Program-made: the position numbers and the translations under genes
Source: a candidate division WOR-3 bacterium
GTDB lineage: Bacteria > Hydrothermota > Tepidihabitantia > SM23-42 > CAYGYG01
NCBI GenBank assembly: GCA_965648915.1
Contig: CBFGIV010000004.1
Span: 1 to 58,058 of the forward strand
Direction: 5' to 3'
DNA length: 58,058 nt
Part shown: positions 39,231 through 48,299 of the stretch, piece by piece
Position numbering within the stretch: position 1 is the first letter of the stretch
How the letters are laid out: the number at the start of each line of letters is the position of its first letter
The notes under the pieces: generated by a model
The model's input: the letters and a program-made list of their open reading frames with translations, nothing else
Databases searched by the model: none
Told to the model about the DNA's origin: nothing

Positions 39231-40429
39231 GTGAAATTCTTGCAGAACTTTTAGCCCCGAACGATAATAAAATTCTGCTGATCGTTCTGGACGGGCTTGG
39301 TGGAATACCATATCCGATCAAGACCGAACTTGAGGCAAGCAGAACTCCGCATCTCGATCGTCTGGCAAGAAAGAGTTCCCTGGGGTTGGTCAATCCGGTC
39401 GGGATCGGGATTACCCCGGGCAGTGGTCCGGCCCATCTCGCCATCTTTGGCTACGACCCGATAAGGTATAAGATTGGCCGGGGAATTCTTGAGGCCTTAG
39501 GTATCGGCATAAAGATCGATGATCAGGATCTGGCTACCCGTGCCAATTTTGCAACCATTAAGGATAATCTGATTGTGGATCGAAGGGCGGGAAGGATAAC
39601 GACTGAAGAGTGTCAACGGTTGTGTCATAAATTACAGGCAGCAATAAAGAGAATCGATGATGTTGAGGTTTTTATTTATCCGGTTAAAGAGCACCGCTTT
39701 GTTGTAATCTTCCGGGGGAAAGATCTTTCGGATGAACTTTCTGATGCGGATCCAGAAAAAGAAGGCCGACCAATGGTCTTCCCCAAAGCCCATAAATCTA
39801 CGACTGAGGCAATGAGAACAGCTGAAACCATCAAGAATTTTATTGTCCGGGCAAAAGAAGTTTTGCACGATGAACCGAAGGCGAATATGGTACTGATGCG
39901 GGGTTATGCCCGGCGTCCGATTTTGCCCTCAATGTCTGAACGCTATGGTATAAAACCCTGTGCGCTTGCGACCTATCCGATGTACCGAGGCATTGCCCAT
40001 CTTGTGGGAATGACAGTGATCGATGCGGGCGAGACAATTTTGACCCAGATCGAAGCACTAAAAAAGTTCTATAAAGATTTTGATTTTTTCTATTTTCATT
40101 ACAAGGCAACCGATAAGGCTGGTGAGGATGGTGATTTCCGGGCCAAGGTCAAGCAGATTGAGAAATTTGATGCCGTCCTTCAACGGATCGAGAAGATGGG
40201 TTTTGATGTTCTGGCCCTGACTGGTGACCATTCGACTCCGGCAAAACTGAAGGGCCATTCCTGGCATGCCAATCCTCTTCTGCTTTATTCTAAGTATATC
40301 ATTCCTGATCGAAAACCGAGATTTACCGAACGGTATTGTGCACAGGGGTCGATCGGGCATATCTCGGGTTTAGATCTTATGCCCTTACTCCTGGCCAATG
40401 CATTGAAACTTAAAAAATATGGAGCCTGA
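39227..40429 (+). CDS. apgM: 2,3-bisphosphoglycerate-independent phosphoglycerate mutase (archaeal-type)
   Basis: LDGLGG, TPHLD, PGSGPAHL..FGYDP, GRG.LEALG, DRRAGRI, TGDHSTP..GHS. Confidence 0.92.
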   Translation: MSEILAELLAPNDNKILLIVLDGLGGIPYPIKTELEASRTPHLDRLARKSSLGLVNPVGIGITPGSGPAHLAIFGYDPIRYKIGRGILEALGIGIKIDDQDLATRANFATIKDNLIVDRRAGRITTEECQRLCHKLQAAIKRIDDVEVFIYPVKEHRFVVIFRGKDLSDELSDADPEKEGRPMVFPKAHKSTTEAMRTAETIKNFIVRAKEVLHDEPKANMVLMRGYARRPILPSMSERYGIKPCALATYPMYRGIAHLVGMTVIDAGETILTQIEALKKFYKDFDFFYFHYKATDKAGEDGDFRAKVKQIEKFDAVLQRIEKMGFDVLALTGDHSTPAKLKGHSWHANPLLLYSKYIIPDRKPRFTERYCAQGSIGHISGLDLMPLLLANALKLKKYGA

Positions 40430-40430
40430 A

Positions 40431-41885
40431 ATGTCAAATACGATAAGTAAGAAGGCATTGATTTCTGTAGCCAATAAAGAGGGGATTGTTGAATTGGGCA
40501 GTAATCTAACTGAATTGAAATTTGATATAATTGCCACGGGTGGGACTCATAAACTTCTGGCAGAAAATGGTGTTAGTGCAATAAAGATCAGTGACTATAC
40601 GGGAGGGACGGAGAGCGAACGGGTCAAAACCCTGAGTCAAAAGATTGCTAAAGAGATCCTCGAGACTGGTGAGATCGGTCTGGTCGTCTGTAATCTTTAT
40701 CCCTTCTTCAGCGCGGAGGGAAAGACGCTCGACGAGATGATTGAATTGGTGGATATCGGTGGTGTCACTTTGATCCGGGCGGCGGCGAAGAATTATAAGA
40801 AGGTCGCAGTTGTTTTTGACCCGGGGCAGTACGGTGAGGTTATCAGGGTGCTGCGCGAAAATAGACTGGATGAGACTTTCAGGTATAATCTCTGCTGTCA
40901 GGCATTTGACTATATCGCCTGGTATGATACGGTTATTGCTGATTATTTTAATCGTCAGGCCTCGGTTCGTCAATTTTTTACCGTCGGTAGTGAACATTTT
41001 ATCCCGATGCGCTACGGAGAGAATCCCCATCAACGTGCCACCTTTTATCTTGATCAGAAAAAACAGAAATATATCAAACAGATAGGAGGCAAGGAACTTT
41101 CCTATAATAATATCATGGACACAGATGCGGCCTATCGTCTGGTTAATGAATTCAAAGATATTACCTGCGCTATCATCAAACATGCCAATCCCTGTGGTGT
41201 TGCCTCGGCTGAAAATCCGAAAGAGGCTTTTGAACGTGCCTATCTGGCGGATTCGATATCGGCCTTTGGCGGTATTGTTGCCTTCAATTGCGCAGTCGAT
41301 GAGGCAACCGCTTCAGAGATCGTCAAGTCTTTCTTCGAGGTGATTGTTGCCCCGGATTTTCAGCAAAATGCACTAAAGATATTCCAGTCAAAAAAGAATC
41401 TCAGGATTGTGAAGATTGACCCTGCGATCTTTTCGACAAAGGCGGTGCGCAATGCCCTCGGTGGATTTCTTGTTCAGGATGAGGATCTGGATGACTTCAG
41501 AGAGTGGAAGGTCGTCACGAAGAGAGCACCGAGCAATTATGAAGATGAGGCATTGAGATTTGCCTGGAAGGTCTGTAAATGGGTGAAGTCTAACGGAATA
41601 GTTCTGGCCATCAAAGGCCGGACGGTCGGTATCGGCGCAGGACAACCAAATCGGGTTGGTTCAGTAAAGATCGCAGTAGAAAAGATGGGGATGAAACCGG
41701 TTGGCGTGGTAATGGCATCAGACGGATTCTTCCCTTTCCGGGATGCAGTGGATTGCGCCGCACAGGCCGGTATTCAGGCGATAATTCAACCGGGCGGTTC
41801 GATCAGAGATCAGGAATCGATTGATGCCTGCAATGAAAAAGATATTGCGATGGTCTTCACCGGCTATCGCCATTTCCGTCACTGA
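40431..41885 (+). CDS. purH: Bifunctional AICAR transformylase/IMP cyclohydrolase
   Basis: ALISV, TGGT, RVKTL, NLYPF, DIGG..RAAAKN, RYGENPHQ, KHANPCG, SDGFFPF, QPGGS, RHFRH. Confidence 0.95.
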   Translation: MSNTISKKALISVANKEGIVELGSNLTELKFDIIATGGTHKLLAENGVSAIKISDYTGGTESERVKTLSQKIAKEILETGEIGLVVCNLYPFFSAEGKTLDEMIELVDIGGVTLIRAAAKNYKKVAVVFDPGQYGEVIRVLRENRLDETFRYNLCCQAFDYIAWYDTVIADYFNRQASVRQFFTVGSEHFIPMRYGENPHQRATFYLDQKKQKYIKQIGGKELSYNNIMDTDAAYRLVNEFKDITCAIIKHANPCGVASAENPKEAFERAYLADSISAFGGIVAFNCAVDEATASEIVKSFFEVIVAPDFQQNALKIFQSKKNLRIVKIDPAIFSTKAVRNALGGFLVQDEDLDDFREWKVVTKRAPSNYEDEALRFAWKVCKWVKSNGIVLAIKGRTVGIGAGQPNRVGSVKIAVEKMGMKPVGVVMASDGFFPFRDAVDCAAQAGIQAIIQPGGSIRDQESIDACNEKDIAMVFTGYRHFRH

Positions 41886-41915
41886 TTAAATAATTTAGAT
41901 CCTTAAGGAGGTAAA

Positions 41916-43028
41916 ATGAAATATATAATAATAAGTGTCGGCCTTTTGGTTATCATATTCTTTGTAAGTTGTGGTCCAAAGGCAGGGTATGGACCGGAAG
42001 ATATTGTCGTCTTAAAAGGCGAAATCCTCAAGGCGGATTCGACGGCGCTGGCGCGTAAAGAGATTGGATTATGGGTGTTCTCGCTCGGTAGTTTCTTGAC
42101 CAACTTTTTCACTCTTTCACCCGAAACCAAAGTCTTCACTGACGAAGATGGTAAATACAAGTTTGAGGTCAAGGGTGAAACCTTCCTGGTCGGTGAAAAT
42201 ACCTGGTACATCGCCATAGGAAATACCGAAGACTCACCCAATCCCCGGGCCGCCTGCGGGTTTTATCCTACAGAGATTGAAGAAGATGTTCCCCGGCTTA
42301 AACTCTGGGATGGCAATCCTGGAGTAACGGTCGGTCTTGATACTGCAGTCTTTGTCTGGACAAAACTTTCACGAACACATGGGAGTGAGCCGGATCGATA
42401 TTATTTCACGGCTGAGGCTTCGGGTTCAGGGTTTGCCCTCTGGCAACAGGACGCGGTCAAAGATACATTCCTCCGGCTACCGCCTTACATCTTCCAGAAT
42501 GCCTGTCAGGGTTGGCGGATTGAGGCCCGGTGTCCGAGTTCAACCTATGGTCAGACCGGAGATACCAGCCACTCCTATCAATACTGGTCAAAAACAAATC
42601 AGACTGCAATACAGGACACCTCACCCAAACTCCTCTCCCGAAATAAAAACCTCAGAGGAGAAGGAAGTTCAACGGTCCATACTCTGGCAACCGATGGCAA
42701 CTGGTCAATCCTGTCGATTACTACATTTAATCCTAAAGCCACTTATTGCTGGATCGATCTCACCGATTCGACACGGACAATCACCGCCTTTGCCGCATAC
42801 GATTTAAAAACCGAGGCGACAGGAACGGTCAGTCCTCATGGTTTTGATATCTTTGTCTCAAACGATACGACGAACTGGGGAACAGCACTCAAGAGCACTG
42901 ATAAAGACGAGGGCTATTTCTATATCGATGGCTTTTCCAAGGTTGGGCGCTATCTTAAACTGGCGGTGAAAGATCCAGCCCACTTAAAGATAACACAGAT
43001 TCGGGAAGTAGGGGTATTCGGGCTGTAA
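41916..43028 (+). CDS. Hypothetical lipoprotein with C-terminal discoidin/F5-8-like domain
   Basis: AAGGAGG SD; lipobox FVSC; ATDGN..WIDL..VSND..W..GRYLKL..IREV. Confidence 0.7.
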   Translation: MKYIIISVGLLVIIFFVSCGPKAGYGPEDIVVLKGEILKADSTALARKEIGLWVFSLGSFLTNFFTLSPETKVFTDEDGKYKFEVKGETFLVGENTWYIAIGNTEDSPNPRAACGFYPTEIEEDVPRLKLWDGNPGVTVGLDTAVFVWTKLSRTHGSEPDRYYFTAEASGSGFALWQQDAVKDTFLRLPPYIFQNACQGWRIEARCPSSTYGQTGDTSHSYQYWSKTNQTAIQDTSPKLLSRNKNLRGEGSSTVHTLATDGNWSILSITTFNPKATYCWIDLTDSTRTITAFAAYDLKTEATGTVSPHGFDIFVSNDTTNWGTALKSTDKDEGYFYIDGFSKVGRYLKLAVKDPAHLKITQIREVGVFGL

Positions 43029-43063
43029 AGACTCTTTTTCTGACAATACTTTAAATCAGAAAG

Positions 43064-44512
43064 TTAAAATACTTGGGCGGAGAATGTGTAGATTTCGGTA
43101 TTCTTATCTTTCCAGGCATCTTTATGTAATCCTGCCTTGTGGCAGGTCTCTTCGAGAAAGGTTATCCGGTCCCAGTTATATTCAGTCGCTACCTGAGGAA
43201 GGAGCACTCCGCTGAAGATTCCCTGGCGTATGAGTATCCCATCCCGGCCTACTTCGATTTCATCGATTTTTTCTATTCTCTTAAGCGGCGTTAAGACCGA
43301 AATCTCAATATCAACATCTTTTATTTCTTCTTTTTGTAAGGGACGAAATCTCGGATCCTGAGTTGCAGCGGCAATTGCCATTTCGGCAGTCGTTTCGCAA
43401 AGGGGACGATCTCCAATTAGTCTCCCGATACACCCGCGTAATCGCCCGCCAATCTTGAGGGTAACGAAGACACCTCTTTTCTCCTTGAGTCTTTCCGGTA
43501 TCTCTTTAAATCCATTTAATACTTCCTGACCATTAGGGCTTGAATTGGAAACCGCCATTTCTACTGCCCGGCGCGCGATACCACGGAGCAGTTTCTTCTC
43601 ACTATCATTCAGGCCTAAATCCATCCCGACCTCCTTTTTATAGATAATGGCTGAGAGATAACCGACAACCGCTGAATGGTCACCGGTGACATCTCCCGAG
43701 TTTGCATAGTTGAGAATTTTGACATCATCTGCCCCCATCATTCTGGCTACGATCATCGCCGTCATAATCGGGCCACCGCCACAGGCTTCACACCGATTTG
43801 ATTGTAAATCCTGATAAAGTTGATCTTCATTCAATGATTTAATATTGTCCATTATCTTCTGATCGAGCCTTTTTGCTTCCTTATAAGGATAATAATGAGA
43901 AAGATCAGAACTGGCAATGATTAAGACATTTCTCCCTTTCGTATTTTCGACTATCGCCTGAGCCAGGGCCCGGGCAGTTTTTAGATTTTGATCGACCATG
44001 AGGATCTCAATAATTTTGGTATCTTTTAAACCGGATGTCGTCTGTAAAAAAGGAAGTTGCACCTCGATCGAATGTTCCCGGACAAATGCCTCAGATTGAT
44101 AACTGAATATACCTTTCCTGGCAAGCAATGCTGAAGATATCTTACGATCAAATGGAATTACACCGAGTGGTGTCTCATGGCCGTCTTTTTGATTAACAAT
44201 AACACAGCCCCTATTGTGGTGATGACTTGGTCCAATCAATATGACACAATCATATTTTTGATCTCTGATTGCCTTATAACCATGTGCCGCAACCTGACCC
44301 GAGTATACATACCCGGCATGAGGTGAAATTAATGCATAGATTCTACCTTTAATCTTATATTCGGAGACACGGTCGTAAAACCGGTTGAGGATCGATTTCA
44401 ATTCGACCGAATCCGCTGGATAGAAATAACCAGCAACAGCCGGTTTTTGAAGATTCTGGGCCGATAGAATGGTAAACCAGAGTAGCCCGACTGCAATTAT
44501 AGATTGTTTCAT
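43064..44512 (-). CDS. amrB: AmmeMemoRadiSam protein B (MEMO1) / protein A (AMMECR1) fusion
   Basis: PAVAG.FYP, PHAGYVYSG, GPSH, EHSIEVQLPFL, SSDLSHY, VVGY; then GVFVTL..LRGCIG, DPRF, LLPQVA; ATG 44512 or 44521. Confidence 0.9.
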   Translation of the reverse strand: MKQSIIAVGLLWFTILSAQNLQKPAVAGYFYPADSVELKSILNRFYDRVSEYKIKGRIYALISPHAGYVYSGQVAAHGYKAIRDQKYDCVILIGPSHHHNRGCVIVNQKDGHETPLGVIPFDRKISSALLARKGIFSYQSEAFVREHSIEVQLPFLQTTSGLKDTKIIEILMVDQNLKTARALAQAIVENTKGRNVLIIASSDLSHYYPYKEAKRLDQKIMDNIKSLNEDQLYQDLQSNRCEACGGGPIMTAMIVARMMGADDVKILNYANSGDVTGDHSAVVGYLSAIIYKKEVGMDLGLNDSEKKLLRGIARRAVEMAVSNSSPNGQEVLNGFKEIPERLKEKRGVFVTLKIGGRLRGCIGRLIGDRPLCETTAEMAIAAATQDPRFRPLQKEEIKDVDIEISVLTPLKRIEKIDEIEVGRDGILIRQGIFSGVLLPQVATEYNWDRITFLEETCHKAGLHKDAWKDKNTEIYTFSAQVF

Positions 44513-44601
44513 TTCCCGCATAAAATAGTACCCAGATCCATGCCAAAGTCAAGAAGGATTTATGCTGTAAGCGGATGAGAAGATTTTGATTACAATAAGC
44601 C

Positions 44602-44629
44602 TTGACTCAAGGTCTTTTGCGATTATAAT
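44602..44629 (+). promoter_or_regulatory. sigma70-type promoter
   Basis: TTGACT-16nt-TATAAT, 15 nt before ATG 44645. Confidence 0.6.
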
Positions 44630-44644
44630 CAATCTTCAGGAATT

Positions 44645-45346
44645 ATGCCTATAAAATCGATAGTTGAGACTTCTCTGATTGATTGGGATGGTAAGATTAC
44701 GATGGTTCTTTTTTTTGGGGGATGTAATTTTCGATGCCCTTTCTGCCACAACTGGCGGGTTGCATTTGGAGCAGAAAAATTTTCTAATCTATCCTGGGAT
44801 ACGATTGAACATAAGATTAAGGAGCGGAGGGAATGGCTGGACGGGATTGTCCTTTCGGGTGGGGAACCATTGACTGGATGGGAAGAATTGGTAATGGTCT
44901 GTTCCCGAATAAAAAATTTAAATATTAAAATTAAACTCGATACCAATGGTGCAAATCCCGATCTGCTCAAACGGGCAATTGGAGATGGTTTGATCGACTA
45001 TGTGGCAATGGACATAAAGGCGCCCCTTGATCAGAAATATTCAATCGCTGCGGGTGTTAAAATTGATCCGGATCAAATAAGAAAGAGCATTCAATTATTG
45101 ATGGCCAGTGGCATCGATTATGAGTTTCGAACTACCGTTGTCCCGAATTTAATCGATCTCAACGCAGTGCAGGCGATTGCTGAGATAATCAGCGGTGCCC
45201 GACTCTTTGCCCTTCAGCAGTTTCTCCCGAAGGAAGCATATGACCCCGGGTATCAGTTGCTTGAACCCTATACTAAGGAGGATGCTGAAAAATTAGTTAT
45301 AGTTGCGCAAAGATTTGTCAGGAATGTGAAATTGAGAGGATTTTAA
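44645..45346 (+). CDS. nrdG: Anaerobic ribonucleotide reductase activating protein-like radical SAM enzyme
   Basis: SLIDW.G, GCNFRCPFCHN, SGGEP, KLDTNG, AMDIKAP, YEFRTT. Confidence 0.8.
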   Translation: MPIKSIVETSLIDWDGKITMVLFFGGCNFRCPFCHNWRVAFGAEKFSNLSWDTIEHKIKERREWLDGIVLSGGEPLTGWEELVMVCSRIKNLNIKIKLDTNGANPDLLKRAIGDGLIDYVAMDIKAPLDQKYSIAAGVKIDPDQIRKSIQLLMASGIDYEFRTTVVPNLIDLNAVQAIAEIISGARLFALQQFLPKEAYDPGYQLLEPYTKEDAEKLVIVAQRFVRNVKLRGF

Positions 45347-45353
45347 GTGGCTG

Positions 45354-45382
45354 TTGACTATAAGCATTATATCGATTATAAT
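45354..45382 (+). promoter_or_regulatory. sigma70-type promoter with very short leader
   Basis: TTGACT-17nt-TATAAT, 8 nt before ATG 45391. Confidence 0.65.
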
Positions 45383-45390
45383 ATCAAAAA

Positions 45391-46515
45391 ATGAAAACCG
45401 TTAATCGAAATGTTAGAAATCAATTGAGTAGTCTGGTAAAAAAATACGGCACACCACTCTTTTTAATCAGTAAGTCGCGACTCTTGAATCAGGTGAAAAG
45501 ATTTCGAACCCTGTTGCCAAGGGTCACCCCTTTTTATGCGGTCAAGGCAAATTCACATCCCTTCGTTATAAAAACAATGGTTCAGGCAGGAACCGGGTTT
45601 GATGTTGCATCGGTGCAGGAGATAGAGGCTGTTTTGAAATTCAAGGTAAAACCAGATAGTATCATCTATGCCAATACGGTTAAGACTCCGGATGCCCTTT
45701 TGTTTGCTGCGCGTAAAAAGATAGAGTTGATGACTTTTGATAATGAATACGAACTTAATAAAATCGCAAAATACGCACCGAAGGCTAAAGTTCTCTTGCG
45801 CATTAAAGTCCCCAATGTTGGATCGATTGTCGAACTCTCCCTTAAATTTGGCGCCGAACCAGCAGATGCGATACCTCTGTTGATAAAGTCCCTTCAATTG
45901 GGTCTGCGGCCGATCGGTATTAGTTTTCATGTTGGCTCTCAGTGTCTGAATGTTGAAAATTATTTCGACGCGCTCGAGATGGTTTCGATAATATTCAATG
46001 ATGCTCGTCTCAAAAATATCCCCCTGGAGATCCTCGACATTGGTGGTGGTTTTCCCATCAAACATTTTGACAATGAGAAAGATCCTTTTCTTGCAATGTC
46101 CAGTGCAATCAGTAAGGAGATCGATCGACTCATACCGCCAAATATCAAGATTATTTCTGAGCCCGGAAGGATTCTGGTCGGTCCGGCATGTTTTCTGGTA
46201 ATGCGTGTCATCGGTAAATCGATCCGGGGTAATAAACACTGGTATTATCTTGATGATGGAGTCTACGGAACCCTCTCGGGTATTGTCTATGACCATTGTA
46301 AATACCAGTATAAGACTTTAAGAAAGGGTTTTGCCCAGATTACAACCCTTGCTGGTCCAACCTGTGATTCTTTTGATATTATATCGGTTAGTGAATATCT
46401 ACCGGAACTCGAAGTCGGTGATATTGTCTATGTCGAAAATATCGGCGCCTACTCCTGGGCAACCGCAACAAATTTTAATGGCTTACCCCAGGCCCGGTGT
46501 GTAATCTTGCCGTAA
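45391..46515 (+). CDS. Fold-type III PLP ornithine/lysine decarboxylase
   Basis: PFYAVKAN, FDVAS, KFGA, FHVGSQ, DIGGGF, EPGR, DDGVYG, GPTCDS.D (ODC-type, not LysA CESGD). Confidence 0.88.
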   Translation: MKTVNRNVRNQLSSLVKKYGTPLFLISKSRLLNQVKRFRTLLPRVTPFYAVKANSHPFVIKTMVQAGTGFDVASVQEIEAVLKFKVKPDSIIYANTVKTPDALLFAARKKIELMTFDNEYELNKIAKYAPKAKVLLRIKVPNVGSIVELSLKFGAEPADAIPLLIKSLQLGLRPIGISFHVGSQCLNVENYFDALEMVSIIFNDARLKNIPLEILDIGGGFPIKHFDNEKDPFLAMSSAISKEIDRLIPPNIKIISEPGRILVGPACFLVMRVIGKSIRGNKHWYYLDDGVYGTLSGIVYDHCKYQYKTLRKGFAQITTLAGPTCDSFDIISVSEYLPELEVGDIVYVENIGAYSWATATNFNGLPQARCVILP

Positions 46516-46558
46516 ATAATTATGAAGGGCAGGAGACTTTCTTAAATAAGGAGGTGTG

Positions 46559-47722
46559 ATGAAAAGAGACCACAGAGTTAAAAAGGATTTAGATGAAAAA
46601 CCAGATTGGCTGAAGAAGAAAAGTTATCCTAATAAAGCCCGCTATCTCTCTGGTCCGAGAATATTCCCTCCGGCAATAACTGGGAAGGAATCACTCGTCG
46701 ATATGATCGAGAAGACGTTCCTGGCCTACAATTCATCGCGCTTACGCGAAGGCTGCCGGCTTTTTGTCGAAAAGATGCTTGATGATGATGTCCTGGTTGG
46801 GTTAAGTCTGGCCGGAGCATTGACACCGGCCGGTCTTGGAAAGTCGGCGATCGTTCCATTAATCAAGGCTGGTTTTGTTGACTGGATAGTCTCAACCGGT
46901 GCCAATCTCTATCACGATTTACACTTCGCGTTAAATTTTAACCTGCATGTCGGTACACATCTGGTTGACGACGCCGATTTAAGAAAGAATGATGTTGTTC
47001 GGATTTATGATATACTTTTAGGTTATACCGACTGTTTGATGGCAACCGACCAGATTTTGCGTAAAATTTTTACAAAGCCTGAGTTTCAGAAAGAGATGGG
47101 AACGGCTGAATTCCACTATATCCTCGGTAAATATGCTAATGAATGGGAACGTAAGACTGGTAACAAAGATGTTTCGATCCTGGCTGCGGCATATCGTTGC
47201 GGGGTCCCCTGTTACACAAGTTCGCCGGGCGATTCGACCCTCGGTATGAATATTGCTGAGGCTGAAATCCGGGGGTGCAAACTGCGGATCAACCCTTCGA
47301 TTGATGTAAATGAGACGACATCGTTTGTCCTTAATGCCAAACGCTCTGGGGGTAAGTCCGGAGTTTTGTTAATCGGTGGCGGCAGCCCTAAAAATTTTAT
47401 CCTTCAGACTGAACCTCAGATTCAAGAGGTTTTGCGCATCAAAGAGGTAGGGCACGACTATTTCCTTCAAATTACCGATGCCCGACCTGATACGGGTGGC
47501 CTTTCTGGAGCAACACCCCACGAGGCCGTCTCTTGGGGTAAGGTCGATCCGACACGTCTTCCGGATGCAGTTGTCTGTTATCTGGATGCAACGGTTGCCT
47601 TGCCTATCATTACGCATTATGCCTTATCTAAACACAGAAAAAGACCATTAAAGAGGTTGTTCGCCCGACGGAATGAATTGATGAAAAGATTGATCAGGGA
47701 ATATTTTGCACATAACAAGTAG
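46559..47722 (+). CDS. speY: Deoxyhypusine synthase-like protein (homospermidine synthase SpeY-like)
   Basis: [52 protein letters not shown]. Confidence 0.8.
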   Translation: MKRDHRVKKDLDEKPDWLKKKSYPNKARYLSGPRIFPPAITGKESLVDMIEKTFLAYNSSRLREGCRLFVEKMLDDDVLVGLSLAGALTPAGLGKSAIVPLIKAGFVDWIVSTGANLYHDLHFALNFNLHVGTHLVDDADLRKNDVVRIYDILLGYTDCLMATDQILRKIFTKPEFQKEMGTAEFHYILGKYANEWERKTGNKDVSILAAAYRCGVPCYTSSPGDSTLGMNIAEAEIRGCKLRINPSIDVNETTSFVLNAKRSGGKSGVLLIGGGSPKNFILQTEPQIQEVLRIKEVGHDYFLQITDARPDTGGLSGATPHEAVSWGKVDPTRLPDAVVCYLDATVALPIITHYALSKHRKRPLKRLFARRNELMKRLIREYFAHNK

Positions 47723-47858
47723 TAAGTGTCTGATTGAAGAAATTCGCAACAGCCGAAATCCATAAGTAAATTCACCGATAGGGGTGATCTCAACGATTAT
47801 TAATATTATCGAAGAACCAAAAATTTCCCGGGAAAAAATATAGTATTTCTTGATTAGG

Positions 47859-48299
47859 CTAATATTGGTATTTTTTGTTGAAATAGTCTTTCAAAATCTG
47901 ACGGTGGTCGAAGGCAATAATTTTTGGAAGTGATTTAGCGGTAAATACTTTTGCCTGACGGGCATCGGTCTTTGCCTTCAGTTTACCCTTTCCGACGGCA
48001 GTAAATACGATGGATATTCTGTGCCCGCGGGGATCGCGGTCGGGTCGAGAATAGACATGGAACTGCTTCAGGCTGATTAGAGTAAGATTAGTCTCCTCTC
48101 GGGCTTCACGCCGGGCAGCAGCTTCGGCACTCTCACCGTAATCGATAAAACCGCCCGGGATTGCCCAGCCGTATGGTGGGTTCTTCCTCTTGATGAGAAT
48201 AATCCCCTGCCGGTATCGGATGATAATGTCGACTGTTGGCTCAGGACTTCTTTTTTCTCTTTTCCGTCTTTTCGTCAGATTTTTCAAATTTGATTTCAT
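47859..48299 (-). CDS. Nudix hydrolase (ADP-ribose pyrophosphatase-like)
   Basis: [39 protein letters not shown]. Confidence 0.88.
   Translation of the reverse strand: MKSNLKNLTKRRKREKRSPEPTVDIIIRYRQGIILIKRKNPPYGWAIPGGFIDYGESAEAAARREAREETNLTLISLKQFHVYSRPDRDPRGHRISIVFTAVGKGKLKAKTDARQAKVFTAKSLPKIIAFDHRQILKDYFNKKYQY

Noticed and set aside
40506..41183. 225-aa antisense ORF
   Set aside because: Entirely antisense to conserved purH; no motifs.
45553..46296. 247-aa antisense ORF
   Set aside because: Antisense to the decarboxylase gene; no motifs.
45391..46515. lysA (diaminopimelate decarboxylase) call
   Set aside because: GPTCDS and DDGVYG motifs and length fit ornithine/lysine decarboxylases.
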